From NCBI GenBank assembly GCA_044359815.1, contig JBIKLL010000007.1:1-64000 (forward strand): a stretch of 64,000 nt of DNA, read 5' to 3'. Both the position numbers and the translations under genes were made by a program. The notes under the pieces are model-generated. The model did not search any database. It had not been told where the DNA came from and worked only from the letters and a program-made list of their open reading frames with translations. Origin of the DNA: Pseudobdellovibrionaceae bacterium (lineage in GTDB: Bacteria > Bdellovibrionota > Bdellovibrionia > Bdellovibrionales > Bdellovibrionaceae). Shown here one piece after another: positions 19,861 to 29,788 of this stretch. The stretch's first letter is position 1; the number at the start of each line of letters is the position of its first letter.

Positions 19861-21150
19861 TTAAGGATAACTGCGGCCATACAGTCTAGGGAAAGGTATA
19901 GTTTCCCTTACATGAGGTAATCCGCAAATCCATGCTACGGTTCTTTCAATGCCCAATCCAAATCCAGAGTGGGGGAAAGTTCCAAATTTTCTTAAATCCA
20001 TGTACCAAGAAAAATCTTTTTCGCTCAGTTTATGTTCATGTATTTTCTTTTTTAAAATTTCCAAATTGTCTTCACGTTGCCCACCACCGATGATTTCACC
20101 ATAGCCTTCGGTTGCCAACAGATCGCAACCCATGGCAAATCCAGGTTCTTTGGGGTCTTCCTTCATATAAAAAGCTTTCACTGCGGCCGGGTAGTGATGA
20201 ACAAAAACAGGTTTATCGTATTTAGAACTGACAATGGTTTCATCAGTTCCGCCAAAGTCGTCTCCGATATTAAAAGCTGGGTTTTCTTTTTTAATCAATT
20301 GTGCGGCTTCAGAATAGTGCAGTCTTGGAAACGGCGCTTTGATTACTGTTAATTTTGAAATATCACGTTCCAAAGTCTTAAGTTCTTCGGGACAATTTTT
20401 TAAAGATCTTTGCACCAAATATTCTACAAATTGTTCTGCCAATTCCATGTTGTCATACATGTCATTGAAAGCTACTTCAGGCTCAACCATCCAAAATTCA
20501 ATCAAATGCCGGCGCGTTTTAGATTTTTCAGCTCTAAAAGTCGGACCAAAACAATAAACCTTTCCCAAAGCAGCAGCCGTGGCCTCCATATACAGTTGAC
20601 CGCTTTGGGATAAATACATTTTTTCATCAAAATATTTTGTTTCAAATAAATTTGAAGTTCCTTCGCAAGCGCTCGGTGTAAAAATCGGGGCATCCGTCAA
20701 TGTAAAACCGCGGCCATCAAAAAAATCACGCACGGCTTTAATGATTTCGTGCCTCACTCTTAATGCAGCTACTTGGCGTTTTGATCTGATCCACAAATGA
20801 CGGTTTTCCATTAAAAAATCGGTACCGTGGTCTTTGGGTGAAATCGGATAGTTTTCTGCTTGTTGAAGGATGGTTAAAGACTTTGCGCCCAACTCAAAAA
20901 CGTTTTCATGTTTTGGATGTTTGCGGACAACACCTGTTATTATGACTGAAGACTCTTGAGTGGCTTTATCAAAAATTTCTAAAGCCGCGTCTTCGCATTC
21001 ACCCTTAAAAAACACACAGGGTAATATCCCAGTGCCATCACGAAGTTCCAAAAACTTGACCTTGCCAGAGGATCTGGATTGATAAACCCAGCCCTTGATT
21101 TCAACAGTGCTGCCGACGTGGTTTTTTAAATCTTCAATAAACAGTCGCAT
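19861..21150 (-). CDS. asnS: Asparagine--tRNA ligase
   Basis: OB fold, [43 protein letters not shown]. Confidence 0.95.
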   Translation of the reverse strand: MRLFIEDLKNHVGSTVEIKGWVYQSRSSGKVKFLELRDGTGILPCVFFKGECEDAALEIFDKATQESSVIITGVVRKHPKHENVFELGAKSLTILQQAENYPISPKDHGTDFLMENRHLWIRSKRQVAALRVRHEIIKAVRDFFDGRGFTLTDAPIFTPSACEGTSNLFETKYFDEKMYLSQSGQLYMEATAAALGKVYCFGPTFRAEKSKTRRHLIEFWMVEPEVAFNDMYDNMELAEQFVEYLVQRSLKNCPEELKTLERDISKLTVIKAPFPRLHYSEAAQLIKKENPAFNIGDDFGGTDETIVSSKYDKPVFVHHYPAAVKAFYMKEDPKEPGFAMGCDLLATEGYGEIIGGGQREDNLEILKKKIHEHKLSEKDFSWYMDLRKFGTFPHSGFGLGIERTVAWICGLPHVRETIPFPRLYGRSYP

Positions 21151-21284
21151 AGTAAATTCCTTGGCAAAGCAGAATTCTAGATTTACCAAAGGATTTAAAT
21201 GCTAACAATGCTAAAGCTGATACATTTTAGCACTTTAATGGGATTAATAATTATGACTTAAACTTCAGCAACTCAGAGCGTGTT

Positions 21285-22535
21285 TTAAGGTAACAACTGC
21301 CTGAGTTTTGCCAGTGCTTTTTCGACGTTCAGGCGGCCACCAGTCACAACGTGCTGTGCCTTAGTGGAATCCACATCTACGCTTTCCAGAATAGCTTGCC
21401 TAATCTGCACTGCAGAAGCTTGAGGTCGATCACTCCACAGCAATGCTGCAGCTCCACTTACAAAGGGCGCTGCCATACTGGTGCCTGATAGACTTTTATA
21501 AGAATTATTTGGCGTTGTGCTCCAAATATAATCGCCAGGTGCTGACAGATGCACGAGCTTACCGCTTCTGTTTGAATAATAAGAAACGTAATCATTCTGA
21601 GTGCTCCAAGCCACAGTGATTTGGTGAACAAAATCAAAAGCAGCGGGAAAACTCCAATACGATTCAGGCATATAATCAAAATCAATTCCTTCATTACCAG
21701 CAGCGGCCACGAATAAAATATTCTGCGAACCCAATTCTGCAATAGACTCTTTTAATTCTTCTGAACACTGGTCGCCGCCCCAGCTGGCATTGATAATGCG
21801 AACACCTCTCGAGGCAGCATATTTAATGGCTTCAATGGCGCCGCTGACTGTGCCGCCGCTTTCATCCAAAAATGATGAAGGCACAATTGTCGCGTTCGGC
21901 GCGATACCCTTCATCATACCAGAACCATGTTCACCTGCGATGATTCCAGCAACGTGGGATCCGTGTTCGACGCCTGTTACGTTTGGTTTATTGGACCTAG
22001 AACTAAAATCCCATCCATAAAAATCATCAATAAATCCGTTACCGTCATCATCGACTCCAGCAACTCCATTTATTTCGGGATTATTTTTTGCCAATTGATT
22101 TTTTAATTGAACATGATCGTAGTCTAAACCCGTGTCGACGACAGCGACTTTAACTCCGGCACCAGTAACGCCGGCATTCCAAACTGCCTGAGCTTGAACC
22201 ATGTCCTGACCCCAAGTATTGAAAGATTCAAAAGCAGATGTCTCAATTTGAACCGTTGGTTGGAGCTTCAGTTTATAATCGTATTCGACTCTTTTAATGT
22301 CCTGCAGATTTGGTTCTACAAAATCCTGTATAAACTTATCCTTTGATTCTGAGTGTTCCAAAGTGACACGACCGTCTTCCCAACGCACTATAAAGCTCGT
22401 GGAGATTGCGCTCGAGGCACATGTTGTCCCCTGTTTATTCAATGGCTCGGTGACTGTGTTTGTATTTTTCTGAGACGAACACGCAGTCAATGTAAGCGTT
22501 ACGACTGAAAAAGCGAAAAAGTTTTTTACATCCAT
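21285..22535 (-). CDS. Subtilisin-like S8 serine protease, probable lipoprotein
   Basis: VVDTG, HGSHVAG, GTSMA triad motifs; lipobox LTAC; GGAG SD before the ATG at 22535. Confidence 0.92.
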   Translation of the reverse strand: MDVKNFFAFSVVTLTLTACSSQKNTNTVTEPLNKQGTTCASSAISTSFIVRWEDGRVTLEHSESKDKFIQDFVEPNLQDIKRVEYDYKLKLQPTVQIETSAFESFNTWGQDMVQAQAVWNAGVTGAGVKVAVVDTGLDYDHVQLKNQLAKNNPEINGVAGVDDDGNGFIDDFYGWDFSSRSNKPNVTGVEHGSHVAGIIAGEHGSGMMKGIAPNATIVPSSFLDESGGTVSGAIEAIKYAASRGVRIINASWGGDQCSEELKESIAELGSQNILFVAAAGNEGIDFDYMPESYWSFPAAFDFVHQITVAWSTQNDYVSYYSNRSGKLVHLSAPGDYIWSTTPNNSYKSLSGTSMAAPFVSGAAALLWSDRPQASAVQIRQAILESVDVDSTKAQHVVTGGRLNVEKALAKLRQLLP

Positions 22536-22786
22536 GTTTACTCCGGCTTCCTTGTCTTCAATAGATTGAAGACCATATTGAAACGAACTACCGGTTAGCT
22601 TTTCGGACCGTGTGAGTTGTGAAATCAGTCCAGAATGATACGGATTTGATCTAATAATTAATCTGGACCTAGATCGGGAAAGGGACATCTGTAGTAACGA
22701 TTCAAACTGATACGTCGAACAAGTTTATAGGTTCTTGAAATTAGACAGTATTCTGATGGTTTCCTTGATAATACGGACCAATGGCC

Positions 22787-22802
22787 GGGCCCCTCGATTG
22801 CA
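22787..22802 (+). promoter_or_regulatory. Putative sigma54 promoter
   Basis: GG-CCCCTCGATT-GCA (GG-N10-GC) about 25 nt before the ATG at 22826. Confidence 0.4.
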
Positions 22803-22825
22803 TTGATAGTTATGTGGAGGGACTC

Positions 22826-23626
22826 ATGAAATATCTTTTATCCATATTGCTTTTGTCATCGGTACTGGTTTTCCAGGCCTGTTCTAAAGTAGGACCAAGC
22901 GTTGCAGACTCAGACAATCTAGCGTCACAAGCAGTGACGGCATTAGCATTGGATGATGCTTACCTGAAGGGTGGAACTTCATTGGTGCTCACAGATGAAG
23001 CCGCAGCGCTGATCAACAGTGGCGCCTTTAATTGTGGACGCGGAACTGAAGACGATTCATCCAGCGAAGACGGATTAAAAGTATCCAGCAAAGGCAGCGG
23101 ATCATCCAGTCACGATTCTGCCAGTCAGGATTCACAAGATTCTGCCAGCCAGGATTCACAAGATTCAGCCAGCCAGGATTCACAAGATTCAGCTAGCCAT
23201 GATTCACAAGATTCTGCCAGTCAGGATTCACAAGATTCAGCCAGCCATGACTCACAAGATTCAGCTTCTGAAGACAACAAATGCGACCGAAATAAAAAGG
23301 TCAAAGTTTGTCACAGAACTCCAGAAAAAGACATTACACTTTGCGTATCTATCAAATCACTGAAGCGCCATTTAAACCATGGTGGTCAGCGAATCGGTAG
23401 ACAAGACGGCAGTGGTGAAGAATTAAAAGATTTCTTGGGTGACTGTACTGCAGTTCCGCCAGGATCAAATCCAACGACAACAACTCAAGCGCCTACATCT
23501 CCGACTACAACACAAGCTCCTGCTCCGACAACAACTCAAGCTCCTCCAGCTCCAACAACAACACAGGCCCCTCCCGCTCCAACGACAACTACAACAACAC
23601 TTCCTTTTGATCCGGGACAGTTTTAG
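22826..23626 (+). CDS. Lipoprotein with Ser/Asp octapeptide repeats, a small Cys/His domain and a Thr/Pro tail
   Basis: Signal MKYLL...FQAC; GGAGGG SD; KVKVCH...LCVS...HLNHG...LGDC; TTTQAPPAP repeats. Confidence 0.8.
   Translation: MKYLLSILLLSSVLVFQACSKVGPSVADSDNLASQAVTALALDDAYLKGGTSLVLTDEAAALINSGAFNCGRGTEDDSSSEDGLKVSSKGSGSSSHDSASQDSQDSASQDSQDSASQDSQDSASHDSQDSASQDSQDSASHDSQDSASEDNKCDRNKKVKVCHRTPEKDITLCVSIKSLKRHLNHGGQRIGRQDGSGEELKDFLGDCTAVPPGSNPTTTTQAPTSPTTTQAPAPTTTQAPPAPTTTQAPPAPTTTTTTLPFDPGQF
23114..23266 (+). repeat. Coding tandem repeat, 24-nt unit x6 plus a partial copy (DSAS[Q/H]DSQ)
   Basis: Unit GATTCWGCYAGYCAKGAYTCACAA; variation mostly synonymous. Confidence 0.95.
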
Positions 23627-23652
23627 TAGGATCAAATAATTTAACTCAACCT

Positions 23653-23685
23653 AAAGGGTGACTTGGACAGTCACCCTTTTTTTTT
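23653..23685 (+). terminator. Rho-independent terminator (probably bidirectional)
   Basis: AAAGGGTGACT/AGTCACCCTTT stem followed by a long T run. Confidence 0.85.
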
Positions 23686-24511
23686 ATATTTCACTTATCA
23701 GTTGTTGCAACACCGCTGAAAAGTCCTTTTCGACACGTTTTGCAGTGTCTGTGACTTCAGCGTGTGACAGCTTGTGGGCAGAAATTCCAGCAGCTAAATT
23801 TGTAATACAACTTAAAGCCACCACTCTGACACCTAAATGATGGGCGGCGATGCACTCAGGAACTGTGCTCATGCCTACTGCCGAACAACCAATTGATTGA
23901 ATGTGCCGAACCTCAGCAGGTGTTTCATAGGTCGGTCCGCTGAGTCCACAATAGATGCCCTTTTTAAAAGGAATATTTAATTTGTTAAAAGCTGACTCTA
24001 ATTTCTGTCTTAAAATTTTATCATAGGCTTCAGTCATATCAGGAAACCTGGGGCCTAAATCTTTCAGGTTAGGACCGATCAATGGATTGCTGCCCATTAA
24101 ATTTATGTGATCTTCAATTATCATTAAATCACCGGCGCTCATTCCTTTCTGTAATCCCCCAGCTGAATTGGTGATGATCAAATTTTGTATTCCCAAAATC
24201 GACAAAGTCCGCACCGGAAACACAACCTGGTGCATGGTATGACCCTCGTAAAAATGGTAACGACCTTGCAAAGCATAAACAGGTTTGCCCGAAACCTTTC
24301 CGATAATTAAATTTCCCTTATGCCCTTCAACTGATGTTTCCTGAAAATTTGGAATCTCGGCAAAAGGTATTACGACTTCCTTTTCCATTATATTTACAAA
24401 CTCACCCAAGCCAGAACCTAATATTAATCCAGTGGTTGGTCGCAGGGCAGTTTGTGATTTTATAAATTCGGCCGCTTGTTGAATCTGTCGAGTGATGATT
24501 TCAGCATTCAT
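23684..24511 (-). CDS. punA: Purine-nucleoside phosphorylase (trimeric type)
   Basis: ILGSGLG, QGRYHFYEG, GPTYETPAE, VGMSTVPE. Confidence 0.93.
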   Translation of the reverse strand: MNAEIITRQIQQAAEFIKSQTALRPTTGLILGSGLGEFVNIMEKEVVIPFAEIPNFQETSVEGHKGNLIIGKVSGKPVYALQGRYHFYEGHTMHQVVFPVRTLSILGIQNLIITNSAGGLQKGMSAGDLMIIEDHINLMGSNPLIGPNLKDLGPRFPDMTEAYDKILRQKLESAFNKLNIPFKKGIYCGLSGPTYETPAEVRHIQSIGCSAVGMSTVPECIAAHHLGVRVVALSCITNLAAGISAHKLSHAEVTDTAKRVEKDFSAVLQQLISEI

Positions 24512-24513
24512 AA

Positions 24514-25815
24514 TTAAAACACCTTCCAAATAAGTTCTTCTGGGGTAACAGTTGATTCAGAAACTTTAACACAATTTTGTAAACGGGACTTGGCAGCTTC
24601 AAACAAATTGGATTCCGATCCATAAATTGTAAACAACGGCTTGCTCTTATCGACGGCTTCGCCAATTTTATAGTGAAACTCTATACCCGCTGTCGGATCA
24701 ATAACATCGGATAAATTCTTTCTACCAGCTTTTAATAAAACACAAGTCATGCCGATAGCCTCGACATCAAAGGACTTAATGAATCCAGGCTTTTCCACGA
24801 ACACTTCCGTTTTGTTTTTTGCCATTGGAATTTTTGTCAGATCACCGCCTTGTGCTTTGGCAACCTGACAGAATTTTTCATAAGCCTTTCCGGTGCGAAC
24901 AGAATCAGTAGCGGCCTCTAAGCATTCTGCCATTGTACTTTTATATTTTGCCAGATGAAGCATTTTAGCTGCCAGGTTTAAGCTTAAATTATAGGTATCA
25001 GAATAATCTTCAGTTTTATTTTTCAAAATTTCTAGGCACTCATTAATTTCCAGCGCATTGCCGGCGAATTTTCCCAAAGGCTGATTCATACTGGTTAAAA
25101 AACAACAAACATCTTTCTTGTACAATTTTGCAATTGCGGCTAGGCGCTCTGCTAATTGCAGAGATTGCTCTTTTGTTTTCATAAACGCGCCTGATCCGAA
25201 TTTTATGTCTAAAACCAATCCATCAATGCCTTCAGCAATTTTTTTTGACATTATACTGGCGCAAATGAGGGGTAAAGAATCGATTGTTCCAGTGACATCC
25301 CTGAGCGCGTAGATTTTTTTATCAGCAGGACAAATTTCTTTGGTCTGACCAATAAAACACAATTTCAATTTCTTTAGGTTTTCCGAAAACTGTTGCAGTG
25401 ACAACTGAGTGTTAAATCCCGGAATGCTTTCAAGTTTATCCAGCGTGCCACCCGTGTGCCCTAAGCCCCGGCCCGAAATCATTGGAACTGTCACACCCAA
25501 GCTGGCCACAATGGGAGCCAGGATCAGACTGGTTTTATCCCCCACGCCGCCGGTGCTATGCTTATCAATTTTGTAATTGTTTATTTCAGACAGATCAGCT
25601 GTATCACCACTGTTCAACATAGCTTCAGTCAAAAAAGCTGATTCCTGATCAGTCAATCCGTTCAGCCATACTGCCATCAACCAAGCTGATATTTGATAAT
25701 CAGGGATTTCACCCTGGGCATACCCATTAATTAAAAAATCAATTTCTGATTTGGAAAGTATTTTTTTGCTTTGAGTTTTTTTAATTAACTCTACGGGAAG
25801 GGGTTGAAACCTCAT
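24514..25815 (-). CDS. pdp: Pyrimidine-nucleoside/thymidine phosphorylase
   Basis: DKHSTGGVGDK, SGRGLGHTGGTLDKLE, SIMSKK. Confidence 0.93.
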   Translation of the reverse strand: MRFQPLPVELIKKTQSKKILSKSEIDFLINGYAQGEIPDYQISAWLMAVWLNGLTDQESAFLTEAMLNSGDTADLSEINNYKIDKHSTGGVGDKTSLILAPIVASLGVTVPMISGRGLGHTGGTLDKLESIPGFNTQLSLQQFSENLKKLKLCFIGQTKEICPADKKIYALRDVTGTIDSLPLICASIMSKKIAEGIDGLVLDIKFGSGAFMKTKEQSLQLAERLAAIAKLYKKDVCCFLTSMNQPLGKFAGNALEINECLEILKNKTEDYSDTYNLSLNLAAKMLHLAKYKSTMAECLEAATDSVRTGKAYEKFCQVAKAQGGDLTKIPMAKNKTEVFVEKPGFIKSFDVEAIGMTCVLLKAGRKNLSDVIDPTAGIEFHYKIGEAVDKSKPLFTIYGSESNLFEAAKSRLQNCVKVSESTVTPEELIWKVF

Positions 25816-25819
25816 GGAT

Positions 25820-26491
25820 TCAGTATCCACTGGATGCCTGCTCTCCGCTGACCAAAGCTACACCTGAACTGGTACCCAGCCTCGTAGCGCCAGCATTGAT
25901 TAAATCCATAGCCAATGAAAAACTTTTGATTCCGCCTGAGGCCTTTATAGCCAGCTTTCCATTAACAGCAGTTTTCATTAATAAAACATCTGCCACTGTA
26001 GCTGAGCCCGGGTTAAATCCTGTGCAAGTCTTCACAAACTGTGCCCCTGAATCCAAAATAATTTTACACGCTTTTGTTTTTTCTGCGTCAGTTAGTAATC
26101 CCGTTTCAATAATAACCTTCACTGGTTTTTTTGAGCTGGCTTTGACGACTTCAGAAATGTCCTTCAACACAAAATCAAATCGTTGATCTTTTAAGGCGCC
26201 GATGTTTAGGACCATATCAATTTCGTCAGCACCGTTTTTGACCGCAACATCTGCTTCAAATGCTTTTGCCATAGTGTCGCAGGCGCCCAGAGGAAAACCA
26301 ACAACTGATACTAATTTTACGGAACTGCCTTGCAAAAACTTTTTTGCATCGACGATATGGCAACTGTTCACACAGATTCCAAAAAAACTATTTTCAATGG
26401 CCTCTGAAGCCAATTTTTTAATGATCGACAATCCACTGTCAGGTTTCAAATGGGTGTGTTCGATATATTTTCTCAGATCAGTGGGTTTCAT
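25820..26491 (-). CDS. deoC: Deoxyribose-phosphate aldolase
   Basis: VVGFPLG, GADEIDMV, KVIIET, KASGGI, RLGTS. Confidence 0.95.
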   Translation of the reverse strand: MKPTDLRKYIEHTHLKPDSGLSIIKKLASEAIENSFFGICVNSCHIVDAKKFLQGSSVKLVSVVGFPLGACDTMAKAFEADVAVKNGADEIDMVLNIGALKDQRFDFVLKDISEVVKASSKKPVKVIIETGLLTDAEKTKACKIILDSGAQFVKTCTGFNPGSATVADVLLMKTAVNGKLAIKASGGIKSFSLAMDLINAGATRLGTSSGVALVSGEQASSGY

Positions 26492-26591
26492 TTTACCGCC
26501 TTGCAATATAATTATTTTATCCCTTTAATGAAATCAAGCAATTCAAAGAATTTCAAAGACGGCATTTGGTTTTTAATTTAATATTTCAAAC

Positions 26592-26978
26592 ATGGTTAAG
26601 CGAATTTTTTTGTTTTTTATTACTTTGGTTTTTTGTCTGTCACCATTTCATTCTGCAAATGCCACTGAGGCGGTTCCAGAATCAATGGTGCATATAAAGC
26701 GCAAATTCTCGACTGTGGCGCTGTGTGGGGTAGGGGGAGCAGTTTTAGGTCTGTCGACCCTCAGTTTTTATGGAGAACCACAGGAGCATTTTTCAAACGT
26801 TTGGACAGGATTGATTGTTGGACTGGTCGCAGGAACAGCCTTTGTCATCACTCAAAAAGATCCTTCCAAAGAATCCTATGGCCAATTGACTCCTAAAAAA
26901 TATTTTCCTGAAGAATACAAAAAAACAAGCGTTTCAAAAAATAGAACACCTGATTTTTCATTTACTATGAGCTTTTAG
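26592..26978 (+). CDS. Hypothetical exported/membrane protein
   Basis: Signal peptide plus two Gly-rich hydrophobic segments. Confidence 0.7.
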   Translation: MVKRIFLFFITLVFCLSPFHSANATEAVPESMVHIKRKFSTVALCGVGGAVLGLSTLSFYGEPQEHFSNVWTGLIVGLVAGTAFVITQKDPSKESYGQLTPKKYFPEEYKKTSVSKNRTPDFSFTMSF

Positions 26979-27044
26979 TTTCCATAAAAATTGGCTTAGA
27001 AATTTCAGCTTAACACCCATGTCCAGAATTTTAGGAATCAATAT

Positions 27045-28124
27045 TTAGACGGCTTTTTTGTTTGGATCCAAGGCTTTTGAAGTTTGATCCTCACTGTCTT
27101 TACTTAAAAAAGAATTCGCATCAGATTGTTTGATCAAACCTTTTTTAACCAGATCTTCGATGTATTTCTCAAACAAAATCATTCCCTGTCTGGCACCTGT
27201 TTGGATCATACTGGGGATTTGGTGAATTTTATTTTCTCTGATTAAATTTGCAATTCCTTTTGTGTTTCGCAAAATCTCGTAAGCTGCCACACGGCCCTGG
27301 CCGTCGGCTCGGGGAAACAGTGTTTGGGCCACGATTCCGCGCAGGGATTCAGCCAGCATGGTTCTGATTTGTTGTTGTTGATGCGACGGAAACACATCGA
27401 TAATCCGATCCACAGTCTTGGCTGCTGAATTTGTATGAAGTGTGGCAAAAACCAGGTGACCTGTTTCTGCTGCCGTCAGTGCCAGTGAGATTGTTTCCAG
27501 ATCACGCAACTCGCCCACTAGTAAAATATCTGGATCTTCTCGCAGAGCTGATCTGAGGGCGTTTGCAAAAGATTTTGTATGTGTTCCTACTTCGCGCTGA
27601 TTGACCAGTGATTTGATATTCTGATGTACAAATTCAATAGGGTCTTCGATGGTTATTATATGGGAATCCCATTCTGAATTTATGTGATGTATCAGTGATG
27701 CCAGCGTTGTTGATTTACCTGATCCCGTTGGCCCTGTAACCAGCACCAGTCCACGATCAACATTGATCAGATCTAAAACCACAGCGGGCAAATTCAATTC
27801 TTTTACAGATCTGATGCGCTCTGGAATTATTCTGAACACTCCGCCCAATCCTTTTCTTTGCATAAAGATATTGCAGCGAAAGCGTCCTACGCCAGGCAGA
27901 GTGTAAGCGACATCAAGCTCCCATTTTTCAACAAAAGCTTTTCGTTGGCGTTCATTTAGAATTTCAAAAATGAGTGATTGAACTTCTTGACCCGTTAAAG
28001 ATTTAAATTCCAGTGGTGTCATGGCGCCGTGCAAACGAATGTATGGCGGAGCACCTGAAGACAGATGTAAATCTGATCCCCCTTGATCCACCAAAAGTTT
28101 AAATAAATCATCAATAGCTGCCAT
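27045..28124 (-). CDS. pilT: Type IV pilus retraction ATPase
   Basis: SDLHL, GPTGSGKST, TIEDPIE, ALREDPD, AETGHLVFATLH, NLIRE. Confidence 0.95.
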   Translation of the reverse strand: MAAIDDLFKLLVDQGGSDLHLSSGAPPYIRLHGAMTPLEFKSLTGQEVQSLIFEILNERQRKAFVEKWELDVAYTLPGVGRFRCNIFMQRKGLGGVFRIIPERIRSVKELNLPAVVLDLINVDRGLVLVTGPTGSGKSTTLASLIHHINSEWDSHIITIEDPIEFVHQNIKSLVNQREVGTHTKSFANALRSALREDPDILLVGELRDLETISLALTAAETGHLVFATLHTNSAAKTVDRIIDVFPSHQQQQIRTMLAESLRGIVAQTLFPRADGQGRVAAYEILRNTKGIANLIRENKIHQIPSMIQTGARQGMILFEKYIEDLVKKGLIKQSDANSFLSKDSEDQTSKALDPNKKAV

Positions 28125-28131
28125 GGTTTAT

Positions 28132-28158
28132 CTATCGGCAAAAACTATTGAAAATTGG
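28132..28158 (-). promoter_or_regulatory. Putative sigma28/FliA-type promoter of pilT
   Basis: Minus strand CCAAT-N14-GCCGATAG, 7 nt before the ATG. Confidence 0.5.
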
Positions 28159-28208
28159 ATGTAGACTTAGGTCCGATTGGTCTTTATTTTGGTGGTTTTA
28201 AGGATTTT

Positions 28209-29723
28209 ATGGCAGCAGAGATTTTAATTAATGTCAGACCTCAGGAAACCCGCGTGGCTTATGTGGAAGGCGGCATTTTAGTTGATTACAAATTAGAGCG
28301 TAAGACCTCACCGACCTTGGTAGGGTCTGTCCATCGTGGCAAGGTCATTCGGGTGCTTCCCGGTATGCAGGCGGCGTTTGTGGATATTGGCCTGGAAAAA
28401 GCCGCATTTTTGTATGTAGGCGATATCAGAACAGATATTGATGAAACAATTGCCAATATTGATCGCGATGAACCGCTTGAAGAAAATGATGATGAAGACA
28501 CAATCCGCGAAACCCCCAAGATTCCGATTCAGGATCTGCTGACTGAGGGGCAATTTATATTGGTTCAAGTGGCCAAAGATCCCATCGGCACAAAAGGCGC
28601 ACGGTTGACGACACATATTTCATTGCCTGGTCGATTTGTTGTCTATCTGCCAACCGTTAGGCATTTGGGAATTTCCAGAAAGATCGAAGACGAAAACGAA
28701 CGTGAAAGACTCAAAAATTTGGTGCAAAAGCTAAATCCAACCGGTGGCGTGATTGTTCGAACTGCGGGCGAGGCCGCCGCTGAAGAAAGCCTGAAAAACG
28801 ACATTGAATATTTGGACAGATTGTCGAAAGAAATTTTTAAAAATTACGACAAAAAAAAGGGCGCGGGATTAATCCATCAAGAAATAGATGTGGAGCTCAG
28901 AGCACTCAGAGATCTGATGAATGAAGACGTCACCACTGTGTGGGTGGATGATTCTGAAATACACAAAAAAGTCGTAAAGTTTGTTTCGCAATTAATGCCC
29001 AAGTACAAACAAAACATTGTCCTGTACGGTGAACAAAAGCCCTTGTTTGATTTGTATGGGATTGACCTGGAAGTCTCCAGATCCTTGGATCGCAAAATCT
29101 GGCTTAAAAGTGGTGGTTACATTGTTATTGATGAGGCCGAGGCTCTGGTTGTTGTGGACGTCAATACCGGAAAATTTGTGGGCAAACGGGATTTGGAAGA
29201 AACAATTTTAAAAACCAATCTAGAGGCAGTGAAAGAAATCGCTCATCAGCTCAGAATCAGAAATTGTGGTGGGATCATCATTATCGACTTTATTGACATG
29301 GAAAGGGATTCACACCGCGAAAAGGTCCTTTCACTTTTAAACGAAGAACTAACCAGGGACCGTGCCAGAACCCACGTCGTTTCGATGTCACAATTGGGTT
29401 TGGTCGAAATGACACGAAAGCGCATCAGGCCTTCCTTAATTAAAACCCTTTGTGAGCCTTGTTCTTATTGCGATGGCAAAGGCTTTGTGAAACGCAAGTC
29501 CACGGTGGCTAACGAGATATTTAGAGAGCTTGAAAGGGACTTTTTAGGCGGTCAAAAAGGCAAAAACGGTCTGAACATCCATTGTCATGCCGAAGTTGTC
29601 GATTGGATTTACGAGGTTGAGAGTGAAACTCTTGCCTTTATTGAATTAAAAATCGGAAAAACAGTGACTTTCAAAATCGAACCGACTTATCACATCGAGC
29701 AATACGAAATATTTGTTGTGTAA
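28209..29723 (+). CDS. rng: Ribonuclease G (Rne/Rng family)
   Basis: PGMQAAFVDIG, VDVNTG, GGIIIIDFIDM, LVEMTRKR. Confidence 0.93.
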   Translation: MAAEILINVRPQETRVAYVEGGILVDYKLERKTSPTLVGSVHRGKVIRVLPGMQAAFVDIGLEKAAFLYVGDIRTDIDETIANIDRDEPLEENDDEDTIRETPKIPIQDLLTEGQFILVQVAKDPIGTKGARLTTHISLPGRFVVYLPTVRHLGISRKIEDENERERLKNLVQKLNPTGGVIVRTAGEAAAEESLKNDIEYLDRLSKEIFKNYDKKKGAGLIHQEIDVELRALRDLMNEDVTTVWVDDSEIHKKVVKFVSQLMPKYKQNIVLYGEQKPLFDLYGIDLEVSRSLDRKIWLKSGGYIVIDEAEALVVVDVNTGKFVGKRDLEETILKTNLEAVKEIAHQLRIRNCGGIIIIDFIDMERDSHREKVLSLLNEELTRDRARTHVVSMSQLGLVEMTRKRIRPSLIKTLCEPCSYCDGKGFVKRKSTVANEIFRELERDFLGGQKGKNGLNIHCHAEVVDWIYEVESETLAFIELKIGKTVTFKIEPTYHIEQYEIFVV

Positions 29724-29728
29724 TGACA

Positions 29729-29757
29729 TTGACAAACGCATTGCGCAATGGCAGAAA
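29729..29757 (+). promoter_or_regulatory. Putative sigma70 promoter of rplU with a 12-bp palindrome in the spacer
   Basis: TTGACA at 29729; CATTGCGCAATG at 29739-29750; weak -10. Confidence 0.45.
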
Positions 29758-29788
29758 GTTCTCTTTCTAGAAATTCCGGAGGCTCAAA

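Noticed and set aside
21197..21236. TGCTAA/TTAGCAC motifs as a CIRCE element
   Set aside because: Order and spacing do not fit TTAGCACTC-N9-GAGTGCTAA and it is not upstream of chaperone genes; more likely a simple hairpin downstream of the subtilase.
23114..23266. 24-nt tandem repeat as a CRISPR or guide-RNA array
   Set aside because: No unique spacers, it is in frame within a CDS, variation is mostly synonymous, and no cas genes are nearby.
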